From: Eledone cirrhosa
Lineage: Eukaryota
NCBI GenBank assembly: GCA_964016885.1
Contig: OZ024741.1
Location: 361,088,001-361,152,000 of the forward strand
DNA: 64,000 nt
Direction of reading: 5' to 3'
The position numbers were made by a program, and so were the translations under genes. The notes under the pieces were generated by a model. That model did no database searches. It was given only the letters and a program-made list of their open reading frames with translations, and was not told the origin of the DNA. Positions 11,905 to 25,144 of this stretch are shown here, one piece after another (position 1 is the stretch's first letter; every line of letters starts with the position of its first letter).

Positions 11905-12690
11905 AAGGGAAAAGAATGAAACGAAATTTCATTTCTCACTCTTAGTACGGCTGTTACTTAAATATAAGTATGTATACGTACATACATATATGTGTACAGA
12001 CGTACAGTAGTATGTATATATATACATACATGCACACATGTATATATGTACGTATGGGTTTACCGAACATTTATTATAATGTTCGGTTTGTTTGTAAACA
12101 AACAGCCCGAATTACGCCGTACAGTGCTCGGCAACGATCGTCGCCCTTTTTTTCAACACTGACACAGGAACGATGTACTAGTTTCAAGCTTATTAGTTAT
12201 CGTCAGCATCGTATACCTTTCTGTCAGATGATTGAACGTGTGAAAGTAAATACTTTCCTTATGCATATTAACGGCTGAGCAGCTTAATTTGCATATAGAG
12301 TGAGTTAGTCGGCCGGGCGCACCGAAAACGATAAATGGAAAAGAATTAAACGAAATTTCATTTCTCACTCTTAGTACGGCTGATACCTAAATATAAGTAT
12401 TTATACGTACATATATATGTGTACAGACGTACAGTAGTATGTATATATACACATACATGCACACATATATATACGTATGGGTTTACTGAACATTTATTAT
12501 AATGTTCGGGCTGTTTGTAAACAAACAGCCCGAATTACGCCGTACAGTGCTCGGCAACGATCGTCGCCCTTTTGTTTAACACTGACACAGGAATGATGTA
12601 CTAGTTTCGGTAAACCCATACGTACATATATATATGTGTGCATGTATTTATATATATACATACTACTGTACGTCTGTACACACACATATA
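11905..12690 (-). mobile_element. Non-coding ~430-nt tandem unit with inverted partial copy (pLTR/retrozyme-like)
   Basis: 11908.. repeats at 12337..; inversion at ~12608; second locus of same family at 14070-14710. Confidence 0.72.
12170..12212 (-). ncRNA. Minimal type I hammerhead ribozyme
   Basis: Minus strand: ACGATG-CTGACGA-T-AACT(AATA)AGCT-T-GAAA-CTAG-TA-CATCGT; sister copy at 14430 has perfect stem II AGCT/AGCT. Confidence 0.75.
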
Positions 12691-12707
12691 TATATATATA
12701 TTTTTGT

Positions 12708-12786
<79 letters not shown>

Positions 12787-12807
12787 AGTATTTATATATA
12801 TATATAT

Positions 12808-13700
12808 ATATAAAGATTTACATATACACAAACTAAACAAAATCACAGATATATATGTTTTGGCAACCATTCACGATGTGGCTCAATGAAGAATTAATAA
12901 ATTAAATAATCAGAGCAATATATCATAAAGTATGTCCATAGAATCATTTGATAAAATATATACACCATTTCCTCTCCCAATTAGCATAATTAACCACATA
13001 AAAAATCAATTAGACCAGGCTATGAGATTAAAAGGCTCCTATGAAGAAATATTTGATATTGCTCTGATTATTTACTTTATTAATTCTTCATTGAGCCACA
13101 TCGTGAATGGTTGCCAAAACATATATATCTGTGACTTTGTTTAGTTTGTGTATATGTAAATCTTTATATTTAATAATCTCCCATTAGGTTGAGATGCAAT
13201 TTGGGCAATATTGGGCTGCGCTTTCTAGCAACCAGCCCACTCGCCGTAAGCAACCAATCACATTCTTTCTAACTTGACCACTGCCACGTCACGATTCTTA
13301 GCCATTTTGAATCTGTTTCTGGCAGGGATCACTTTGGAAAATTACCTGTCCTATGAGTTTGTTTCCTGACGAGTTCGAAACTCGAGATTATCCTTAATAG
13401 GATATCTCAAAACTCGAGGGTAAAGACATGATCCTGGTAAGAGTGTACGCATTTCTTCTAACTTTAATTTTATACCTAATTGTGTATGGTTGACGTGCTG
13501 TTGAAATGTTGGGTAAATATTCTATTGCGGTCGGCCGCGAAGAGGCTGCAGTCGTTTATTTATCAAATATTTCTTCATAGGAGCCTTTTAATCTTATAGC
13601 CTGGTCTAATTGATTTTTTATGTGGTTAATTATGATAATTGGGAGAGGAAATGGTGTATATATTTTATCAAATGATTCTATGGACATACTTTATGATATA
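12808..13700 (+). mobile_element. Non-coding ~640-nt unit preceded by inverted, circularly permuted copy
   Basis: 12808-12918 = revcomp of 13058-13169; 12918-13058 = revcomp of 13561-13700. Confidence 0.7.
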
Positions 13701-13918
13701 AATATATATATATAGCGAGACACGGTCTCCAGCCTTGCCTCACATGGGACAACTCCCGTCTAACCCATGCTAGCGTTGAAGATGGACGTTAAACGAAGAT
13801 GATGATGATGATATTTGTGTGTGTGTATATATATATATAGGGTGTTCTCCAAAAAATGAATACATATTCTACTAAATATTGCCTGTACAGGTAATCAAAG
13901 ATACGCATAGTCTCTCTC

Positions 13919-14764
<846 letters not shown>

Positions 14765-14771
<7 letters not shown>

Positions 14772-16555
14772 TAAAAGGAAAAGAAAATGCTGACAAATTG
14801 TTCCCAGTGAAAAATAGTTTAATTAGGAATAAGTAAAAATTAGTAATAGTATTGGTTAGTATTCAGTTTTGGTTTTAAGTTTTACCGGTTGCGCATTTCT
14901 AATGCTTTTCAAAAATAATTTTGAGATAGAGCGCCCGTGATGTTTGCTCTAATCTGATTAGTTTTGGAAATTCTACCTGTTTTATGTAAAAAAAGTGGCT
15001 CCAGATGTATGAAAAAATTCTTGTGGTCAAAACAATTTTGATTGGTCGGTAGAGGTCATGTGAATGTTAAAAATTGATTTTGCGCCAAATGTAGGTTTGT
15101 CTTGGCTGATTGAGAAGTCACTGAAAAATAAGTCTCTCAAGACAAATGTGCGTGTGTGTGTGTGTGTGTGTGTGTAGTAGTAGTAGTAAAGAGGTTCGTT
15201 GTTGTGATAATGGTCAGCAGGGATGTGTGTGCGAACCGCAGCCTGTTGACAGTTCAAATGCCTATTAAGACAAGTGTGTGTGTAGCAGAGTAATTCGTGG
15301 TAGAGGGATGGTCAGTAAGAATGTGTCTGTACGTGTGTGGGGGATATTTTAACATGTTAAAAGATATTTTTCAGCTCTTGTCTTATACGGAGAAGTGTGT
15401 GTGTGTAAATGTCTCTTTGTATGTTAATGTACGCGTGTGTATGTGTGTGTGTGTGGGGTGGTGGACCAGTATTTCAAAGAAGGACAACGTTTTATAGTAA
15501 AACACAATTTCACATGCGCATCAGAAAATCTAATATATGTATTAACTTGCTCAGGTTGTCGAGAACAATACATAGGCCAGACCAAAAACAGCCTCCGCCA
15601 ACGCATGACTGTCCATAGATCCCAAATTAAAATACGGGAATACAGGAAAATACCACTGAGTGAACACATTGATACCTGTGCCGCCCAAAATCATCCCAAC
15701 TTCAGAATCTTTCCCCTCTACAAATTTAAAGATAAGGCCACCCACACCCAGTGCATCAGCAAGGAATCTCACTTTATCAACAAATACGGACCCCATCTAA
15801 ACACTTCTCCCTAAGACGAACCCACAACATACACACGTCAACATACATACCTACATCAGCATACATCTCTATCCACATATAAACACAATGACATACGTAA
15901 ACACACATGTTCTATGGTGCAACACAAATATACACAAATTTGCATACCTTTTGATGTCTATAGATATAAACGTGCCGACACACACACATACATATACGCA
16001 CACATGCATTGCACACTGATGGGCACATACATATTTGTACACAAGTATTCCAATACGGCAAGGCCCTTGCAGTACGTACAATCTGGACACTCACACACAC
16101 CTTGGTATTATGCCAATACTATATATCATTTCACACCTTTTATTATTAAGGTTTTTGATGTTCTATTGAGAGAATCGTTTTTACTGAAAATATCGAATAA
16201 TGTACACCATTTTTACCAGTATCACAAAAATACTGGTCCACCCACACACACACACACATTCACACACACACACATACACACGCGTACATTAACATTCAAA
16301 GAGACATATACACACACACACTTCTCCGTATAAGACAAGAGCTGAAAAATATCTTTTAACATGTTAAAATATCCCCCACACACGTAAATTCCTACTAACC
16401 ATCCCTTTACCACGAATTACTCTGCTACACACACACACACACACACACTTTTTACTTATTCCTAATTAAACTATTTTTCACTGGGAACAATTTGCCAGCA
16501 TTTTCCTTTTACCAATATATCATAACTCGTGTGTTACACCTCTATTCTTTTAAAT
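14765..16555 (+). mobile_element. 5'-truncated Penelope-like element with inverted upstream pseudo-LTR
   Basis: GIY-YIG ORF; 15270-15470 is revcomp of 16228-16430 and 14765-14835 of 16450-16520; flanked by (TA)n. Confidence 0.85.
15470..15814 (+). CDS. Penelope-like GIY-YIG endonuclease C-terminal domain (5'-truncated)
   Basis: FTCASENLIYVLTCSGCREQYIGQT..LRQRMTVHRSQI...LSEH...KESHFINKYGPHLN. Confidence 0.88.
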   Translation, partial: YFKEGQRFIVKHNFTCASENLIYVLTCSGCREQYIGQTKNSLRQRMTVHRSQIKIREYRKIPLSEHIDTCAAQNHPNFRIFPLYKFKDKATHTQCISKESHFINKYGPHLNTSP

Positions 16556-17077
16556 ATACATATATATATAGAGAGAGAAAGAGGGGGGAAATGAGAGAGA
16601 GAGAGAATTAAATTAACAAGCTAAACGCGAGTATGCTGACCAATGTCTAGGGGAGGTAACCATGTAAAGCAATTAAAGTTCTAAGTTATTTCCCTTGTAA
16701 ACGTTAATTAACAACTGATGGTATTAATGTCTCTAAGACCCAGCTTAAACATCCGTAGATTAACGTATGTGTTAGGGCAGCGTGGGAACAAATTCTTCCA
16801 ACACAGTGCAGCACTACATTAAATAATAACTAATGATCAAGTGTTGTTGTTATTGTTAATATTGATGTTTAGGTCCAAACCTATGATCAAAAACGTTCCA
16901 GTCATGAACATCCCATCTTTTGGGGGATAAGTAGGACTACATGGTTTATGATGGTAAGATGGGATTCCGCGAGGATTTAGCTATTGTTTCTGGTAGGTCA
17001 AATTACCATGTAATTGTTATGGTGAGATGGGAAGTGGGGAGGTTAAATAGCAGACATGTTAAACCTACCACTTAAAT

Positions 17078-17223
17078 CAGGGCTCAGCAACAGGGCCCAC
17101 AAAGTGTTCCCTGTGAGTCCCGAAGCTTCTAAAATATTTATATGTAATATAGTATGCATGTGGGTATGGACAAAACTAAGAAAATCAAATGGGTCCATTA
17201 CAGAAGGAAATTGCTGATCCCTG
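17078..17223. mobile_element. hAT-type MITE
   Basis: TIR CAGGGCTCAGCAA / TTGCTGATCCCTG; imperfect 8-bp TSD ACTTAAAT/ACTCAAAC. Confidence 0.6.
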
Positions 17224-17427
17224 ACTCAAACTTTCATACAGGGTGTTTCCTGACTTAAACTGTCAGGATGTTCCTTTTGTTTTAAAGAAATAATAAATAA
17301 ATAATATTCATCATCATCATCACCGTTTAGCGTCCATTTTTCCATATAAGTAAGAATGGCAAAATAGAATATAATATAGATTAAAATAAATTTAATTAAA
17401 AAAATTAGCTACAAAATATAATAAAAT

Positions 17428-17812
17428 AATAATTGTTTCTATATTTGGCACAAGGCCAACAATTATACCAGTGCATTACTGGTACTTTATTTTATCGATC
17501 CCATAAAGATGAAAGGCAAAGTTAACTTCGACGGGATTTAAACTCAGACCATAAAGGGATGTAACTCTATGCTGCAAAGCATGACGTCCGACTCTCTACC
17601 AATACTCCCAATCCACCAATAAAATAATTGTTTCTACTTTTGGCACAAGACCAGCGATTATCCCAGTGCATTACTGGTACTTTATTTTATCGACCTCATA
17701 AGGATGAAAGGCAAAGTTAACCTCGACGGGATTTGAACCCAGACCGTAAAGGGCCGTAACTCTGTGCTGAGAAAGATAGCGTCTGACCCTCTACTGATAC
17801 TGCCAATCCAAT
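17428..17812 (-). mobile_element. Two tandem Meta-like tRNA SINEs
   Basis: Both are reverse complements of 8541-8730. Confidence 0.8.
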
Positions 17813-18660
17813 AAAATAATAATAATGAAATTATTTTCCATTCTTCTTTTTTTTTTTTAAAAGATAATTTTTCTTCATAATTTTTGGCTCTCAGTCCTCT
17901 CCTGACCCTTAATCTTTCCTACCAGATGGATCATTGTTACTCTCTTCAATTGGATGTTCTACCATCTACTGTCTAAGAGATCCACATGTTAGGCAGTCTA
18001 TTGTGTAATCTGGGGTTTGGGAAATCTCGGGGGAAATGCCAGTGTTACATAGTCATGGGGGTGACCTTTTTACTACATGTCTGAACCATTTTAGTCTCTT
18101 CCTTCTTATTACCTCAGTAATGTTGTATGTTATTTGATTTATTTTTTTCTTGAGAAAGGAATATCAATTATACCTTACTCCTATAAATTCATATCCATTT
18201 GCCAATGTAGAAACATAAATACACATTTACAGGAATTTAAGATTTGCCCTACTATAAGTTTCACAGACTTAAAAAGCACTTCTGATCATTAAGATGCTTT
18301 AAATATTTACTGCACATGCTAAGATGGAAGCCTCTACATAGTCACCTACTAAAAAAATTTGAGCTAAATTTCCATCACAACATAAATTTAATAGCTGTGA
18401 TGGTCACATCTGGAATACAATCGATCATAGATTTTTACTTGAATAGAATTGACCTTGAACTAAAACCAACAGCAACAACCCATACTACAGGTGGTCGAGA
18501 TAGGAATTAAAACATGTTATTGAAAAGGAATGTGGCACAAAGACTTCAATAGTTCCCATCATACATGAACAATGTATTTTTAGTTATATATGTTACTTTG
18601 TCATCCCTAACTTACATCCCTTTCTCCTATTTTCAACATGGATTCAGGTTACTACTTTAA

Positions 18661-18874
18661 CCCTTTAGCATTCAAACCGGCCATATCCGGCCAGAATTCT
18701 CTCACTTCTTTCTGTTCAAATTGTCTGTAACCAGCTGCTCATATTGATGCTAAGGTGTTGTTCTCAAAATAAATAATACAAAAATCTCATAGATTCGATA
18801 TTATGTGAGGTAAGGTAATTATGTGGAATAAAGTGTTTACCGGGAAAATACAGAATAATGATAATGCTAAAGGG
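18661..18874. mobile_element. piggyBac-type MITE
   Basis: TTAA|CCCTTTAGCATT...AATGCTAAAGGG|TTAA; five copies in window. Confidence 0.85.
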
Positions 18875-19024
18875 TTAAGCACCACACTTCTCACAGACCT
18901 ATGCAAAGAATATATAACAGTTTTGTTATCAACAAACAACCTATGTGTATCATTCTAATGGCCTTCTACATAAACAAACCAAGTTATTTTATTGTTCTTT
19001 ACCTATTTCTCAACAAAATACTCA

Positions 19025-19445
19025 ATCATCATCATCATCATCATCATCACTGTTTAATGTCTATTTTTTCACACTAGCATGGAGTAGACAGGTCGCCCTG
19101 TTGTGAGAAATACCAGGTCAGGTGATCATGTCTTGTTCATACAGAACTGATTGTGGCTTGGTTTCTATGGCTGGATGCCCAACCACATTTACTAACACCA
19201 ACCACATTTACAGTGAGTACTGGATGCTTTTTGTCGTGACACCAACACGACCACTCTACAGTGAGTACTGGGTGCTTTTTGTCGTGACACCTACATGACC
19301 ACTTTACAGTGTGGACTGGGTGCTTTTTGTCATGACACCTACACGACCGTTTTACAGTGGGCTGAGTGCTTTTTGTCATGTTGCCATCATGACCACTTTA
19401 CAGTGTGGGCTGGAGGCTTCACTAGATGTATGCTTCAGCCTGACC
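19025..19445 (-). mobile_element. RTE 3' UTR fragment with 48-bp internal tandem repeats
   Basis: (CAT)n tail; CAGTG..CTGGGTGCTTTTTGTCGTGACACC..ACGACCACTTTA unit at 19211, 19259, 19307... Confidence 0.75.
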
Positions 19446-20284
19446 TTGTAGCAAGCTACTTTCCTTTGGCGCATTGATACTCTTTCTGTACGTGATTTGG
19501 CTAAGTTAAGCCAATCGTTACCTGCGTACGGATATGTATTTTCAACTTCCGCCCAAACCGAGAAATTTCCCGCTTCTTTTAATAGTAACAACAAAATATT
19601 ACCACGGCCTGGCTAACACTTCAGCTAAGAGACTGTGCCTTCTAAACCTTCATTTTGTTTGTTCATTTATTTTGGCATGCCAACCAAGCTTAATCCAGCT
19701 CTTAACCTTTGTTAATAAATCATATAAAAACGTTGTAAAGTCTTGTGATGCTATTTACCACAGCCATTGTCTTTAAATGTGATATGGAAATATTTTTTCC
19801 AGAGTTATATTCACAGCAAAGTAACAGATTATTCAACCTACATGTATTGATATAACAAACCATACCTTTCCAATTACAAGCAAATACATTGTTATTACAT
19901 ATTCTGGTTATATATTACTTGCTGCTGACCTCTGTCAATACACATACTTCAAATACACAAATAATAACTAAAATCATTTAAATACTTCTAAAATGGTGAC
20001 ATATAAAAATCATTTAAAATTCTGTTAAATCCTCATAGGAGATGTATGGAAGAGTGGGGTGGGGTGGATGTGGGGCGGTGCTTACTATATGTGTGCTTCA
20101 ACTTCAGCCTGTGCCCATGGGAAGGCGGGTCTTCTGTATTACTGCATAACACCAGAGATTTCAGGCCTGTGTCATCTTTGAGAAGTGTAATTGAGCAAGG
20201 TTGTGTGTTAAATAGTAACACACAATGCAATTCACTGAAGCGGTCATAAATAGCAGCTAAAGCCCCCTCAAATCACACACTATC

Positions 20285-20470
20285 TAAAGCTGCCTTCAGT
20301 CGGGGCTGATCATAGGTAGTATCCTGTTGTCAGCTTGTTGGCTGAGCATGTTCTCCGGAGGCTAAACAGACCTATACATGAGTGACAGTCTCTGTCACAT
20401 AGAGAACATCTGTATATTGCCTCTGGTCTGTTGGATTTATTGCACCCCTTTCGCTGGGTCTCCTGTCCAC
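20285..20470 (-). mobile_element. RTE/BovB-like LINE 3' end with C2H2-type finger
   Basis: YRCSLCDRDCHSCIGLFSLRRTC in ORF 20310-20576. Confidence 0.65.
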
Positions 20471-20890
20471 TGCTACAGTCATCAACCTCTTCCCCCCTGA
20501 CATGAGGAGGCATTGAATCACACATTAACGTTCTTGAAAATGTATGATGCATTGAATAATGTTGACCTACATACATTAGTTTAAAGGAATTAGATGGGAT
20601 GGTCTTGACTTGATTGTTTTTGACAGAATCAGTACTGATATGGTGCTATGCAGCAATAATCATCAACAATACAACATACTGGTTAGCAAATTAACACTTT
20701 GATCACCAATCCTATGAAGAGTATAGTAATAAGGCCTATTCTGTAATTTCCCAACTAGTATATCACAGGAATTTGTCCTGTACCCAATACTCTTTTTAGC
20801 TAATAATCAGCCTATTCCCTCATAAATGTATGCAGTTTCATACACAGATGATATTAGTCATATTATAACCTTTCCCTGCTTAGAGCTGCA

Positions 20891-21833
20891 CAACTGCTCC
20901 AGATCTACACCAATCACCTAAAAGTCTGGCTCCATAACAACTGCTCCAGATTTACACCAACCACCTAAAAGTCTGGCTCCATAACAACTGCTCCAGATTT
21001 ACACCAACCACCTAAAAGTCTGGCTCCATAACAACTGCTCCAGATTTACACCAACCACCTAAAAGTCTGACTCCATAACAACTGCTCCAGATTTACACCA
21101 ACCACCTAAAAGACTGGCTCCATAACAACTGCTCCAGATTTACACCAACCACCTAAAAGTCTGACTCCATAACAACTGCTCCAGATTTACACCAACCACC
21201 TAAAAGACTGGCTCCATAACAACTGCTCCAGATTTACACCAACCACCTAAAAGTCTGGCTCCATAACAACTGCTCCAGATTTACACCAACCACCTAAAAG
21301 TCTGACTCCATAACAACTGCTCCAGATTTACACCAACCACCTAAAAGTCTGACTCCATAACAACTACTCCAGATCTACAACAACCACCTAAAAGTCTGGC
21401 TCCATAACAACTGCTCCAGATTTACACCAACCACCTAAAAGACTGGCTCCATAACAACTGCTCCAGATTTACACCAACCACCTAAAAGACTGGCTCCATA
21501 ACAACTGCTCCAGATCTACACCAACCACCTAAAAGTCTGGCTCCATAACAACTGCTCCAGATTTACACCAACCACCTAAAAGTATGACTCCATAACAACT
21601 GCTCCAGATCTACACCAACCACCTAAAAGACTGGCTCCATAACAACTGCTCCAGATCTACACCAACCACCTAAAAGTCTGGCTCCATAACAACTGCTCCA
21701 GATCTACACCAACCACCTAAAAGTCTGGCTCCATAACAACTGCTCCAGATCTACACCAACCACCTAAAAGTCTGGCTCCATAACAACTGCTCCAGATCTA
21801 CACCAACCACCTAAAAGTCTGACTCCATAACAA
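20891..21833. repeat. 47-bp minisatellite, ~20 copies
   Basis: Unit CAACTGCTCCAGAT(T/C)TACACCAACCACCTAAAAG(T/A)CTG(G/A)CTCCATAA. Confidence 0.95.
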
Positions 21834-21987
21834 ATAAACTAAATGTTACATCTACCAAATATGCTATCTCTCTTTTTACCAGTAACATAAAAAAACACCA
21901 ACTATCACATTCAACAACATAAACATACCACATAAAGAAAAAAATGAAAATACTAGGACTTACGTACAACACCTCTATAATATTTAA

Positions 21988-22208
21988 CCCTTTAGCACTT
22001 ACATTACTCTATATTTACTATTATATTTTCATGGTAAACACTTTACCTCACATAATTATCTCACATAATATCGAATCTACGAGATTTTGATGTTATTTAT
22101 TTTGAGAACAATACCTTAACATCAGTATGAGTAGCCGGTTATGAACAGTTTGAACAGAAAGAGGTGAGGGAATTCTGGCTGGATATGACCTGTTTAAATG
22201 CTAAAGGG
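21988..22208. mobile_element. piggyBac-type MITE
   Basis: TTAA TSD, CCCTTTAGCA TIRs. Confidence 0.85.
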
Positions 22209-22424
22209 TTAAAACACACACAGAAGACGTAATAAAGAAAATTAAACAACGTACTAAGGCACTCATGATCATCACATTTGATCAAAACAAATAAACAACA
22301 ACTTCAGTCAGTAAAGAATACCCTATATTCAGCATGGATTATGCCAGCTCTTCCTTAACCCCCAATTTCTTCATAACAAATAACAACAAAATACAAAGGC
22401 CCCCCCCCCCCCCCCCCCAAAAAA

Positions 22425-22625
22425 AAATTGTTTCTACTTTTGGCTCAAGGAAGGCCAGCAATTTAAAAGAAAGGTGAAAGTTGCATTACTAGTACTTTAT
22501 TTTATCAACAGCATAAGGATAAAAGGCAAAGCTAACCTATGCGGGATTTGAACTCAGAATGTACAGGGGCTGTAACTATAAATTATAAAGCATGAGCTTC
22601 ATACAGACCATGTCCATAACCCACC
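22425..22625 (-). mobile_element. Meta-like tRNA SINE (degenerate)
   Basis: Similarity to 8541-8730. Confidence 0.65.
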
Positions 22626-23190
22626 TACAAATTGAAAACTAAATGAACAAAATGAAAGACTACCTGGTCATAGGAGTTGGGTAGTTAGTTGCCTTAATAA
22701 GTCCCAATTGTATTACTATATATATATATACAATATCCCTGAAACATATGGACACACATATAATACACCAATGCATTACTTCAACATAAGGATACTAACT
22801 TAGAATACCACTTAGTCTAGACCAAAGGTTCTCAGCGGGGGCATTTTGGAGCAAGGGGGCGTTGGGGGGGGGGGGGGGGGGGGGCTAGTTTGGTAAGTTT
22901 TATAAGTCATATTTGTACGTCTCTTAGACAGCCAATGTGAATGCGTTTGAATGAAGAAAACGAAGAAAATAAATAAAAGAAGCTTGTCAACGAATTCCCC
23001 AGGGAGATAAAAGAAAAACAAAAGAAATCAAAGAAAATGAAAATAAGGACAACGTCAACTTTTACAACAGTTACAAGAACAACCTCAACAGAAATGACAA
23101 CAAAAGAAGCAATAGTGGTGAAAGGTGTGGGTGTATACATACATACGAACATACACACACATGCATACGTACATACATACATACATACAT

Positions 23191-23221
<31 letters not shown>

Positions 23222-23473
23222 TATATATACACACAGGCCTGCGTTAGTGTTTGATGAGGTTGAGAACCTGGTCAGCTTTCAGCCAGAGCTGTGGTATTTA
23301 ATCTCTTTAGGTAATAAAATCTGGAGACAAAAGTTTTCTCCTTACCAAAAAAAAGCAACAACATAAAGCATGTCAACATCCTTACACACTTAAATATAAT
23401 TGCATGTATATATACAAATGTATAAATGCATAGCTATATACATACGTAAATGTATGTATGTATATATGTATGT

Positions 23474-23936
23474 GTCAAAGGGCAAAGGAGCTCTTAAGAG
23501 TCAATGGCCATCCAAAATCACCGGGAGAGATGACCCCTTACCCTTTGTTAAGGCAGAATTCTAGGAGAAGGAAAACTCTGATATAACACCTGCAACCCTG
23601 ATGGTATCCAATGATGTTGACTTGTTCTTCTTTTTGGTAAATATCATCTTGGTTAAGAGAGTGGGACTGGCTTTGTGCAGTGCCTTTGCTCACTATAAAA
23701 GCTTCACGGCACAGGCATTGCTTTATATCTGGAGATCTCTCTGCACTTGTCGTCACATGGTACCATGGGCTCAGCACTATGTGTCAATCATTGTCACAAG
23801 TGTGTAGTGTTTGTACCAGAGTTTTCAAGTCGCTGGCTGGACTAAAAAGTCACACTTGTTCAGCGCATCGGTAGGGGTTTTCCTACATGGATATAAAGTA
23901 GTGGCCGTACTCGAAAACGAGTTGGCAGCCACCATG
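23474..23936 (+). mobile_element. Internally deleted RTE-derived non-autonomous element
   Basis: RTE-5'UTR-like GGAGAAGGAAAACTCTGA joined to C2H2 3' end CSVCTRVFKSLAGLKSH; near-identical to revcomp 61820-62276. Confidence 0.65.
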
Positions 23937-24001
23937 TGTGAAACTAGAAACCATATCATTTGTACTGCCTCTCTGTTTTTTGTTCGCTGTTCATTTATTC
24001 A

Positions 24002-24049
<48 letters not shown>

Positions 24050-24078
24050 AAAGAATAGAGGTGTAACACACAAGTTAC

Positions 24079-24669
24079 TATATATTGGTAAACGGAATAG
24101 AAAATGCTGACAAATTGTTCACAGTTGAAAAATGGTTTAATTAGGAATAAAAGAGTATTAGTGATTGTATGGGTTAGTATTCAGTTGTGGTTTTAAGTTT
24201 TTAAGTTTTTACCGGTTGCGCATTTCTAAATGCTTTTCAAAAATAATTTTGAGATAGAGTGTCCGTGCTGTTTGCTCTGATCTGATTAGTTTTGGGAATT
24301 CTACCTGTTTTTATGTTAAAAAAATGGCTCCAGCGTTATTTTTGTGTTGCAAAAATGCTTGTGGTCAAAACATTGACCACTAAATTGTTTTGACCACAAG
24401 CATTTTTGCAACACAAAAATAACGCTGGAGCCATTTTTTTAACATAAAAACAGGTAGAATTCCCAAAACTAATCAGATCAGAGCAAACAGCACGGACACT
24501 CTATCTCAAAATTATTTTTGAAAAGCATTTAGAAATGCGCAACCGGTAAAAACTTAAAAACTTAAAACCACAACTGAATACTAACCCATACAATCACTAA
24601 TACTCTTTTATTCCTAATTAAACCATTTTTCAACTGTGAACAATTTGTCAGCATTTTCTATTCCGTTTA

Positions 24670-24679
<10 letters not shown>
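24079..24679. repeat. Long palindrome (294-bp arms, 13-bp spacer) of Penelope pseudo-LTR
   Basis: 24079-24372 = revcomp 24386-24679; homologous to 14765-15040. Confidence 0.92.
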
Positions 24680-24704
<25 letters not shown>

Positions 24705-24712
24705 CTACATAC

Positions 24713-24760
<48 letters not shown>

Positions 24761-25144
24761 CTATATACATATATATGTATGTATGTAAATTTATATATAT
24801 ATAAATCTACAAACATACATACATATATACATACATACATACACTTACGTATGTATATAGCTATGCATTTATATTTAAGTGTGTAAGGATATATATATAT
24901 ATATATATCATATCATCATCATCATCATCATCATCATCATTTTACGTCCGCTTTTCCCTGCTTGGTGTGTGTATAATATAATATAATATATGTGTGTGTG
25001 TATAATATATATATATATATATATATATATTATACACACACACACATATATATATATTTTTTCTATATATAGGTTCTACCACGGGCCACAGAAAAGTAGT
25101 TCGCGGGCCTCATGTTTGAGCCCCCTGTTGGAGATAGATAGATA

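Larger units (their letters stand above)
20750..22400 (+). pseudogene. Highly degenerate LINE RT (Jockey/I/CR1-like) disrupted by minisatellite and MITE
   Basis: ISQEFVLYPILF (QGSVLSP-like), SYTDDI (YADD-like), KLNVTSTK, MKILGLTY, MDYASS. Confidence 0.6.

Noticed and set aside
20891-21833. CRISPR-like array
   Set aside because: Units are contiguous with no unique spacers; eukaryotic context, no cas genes.
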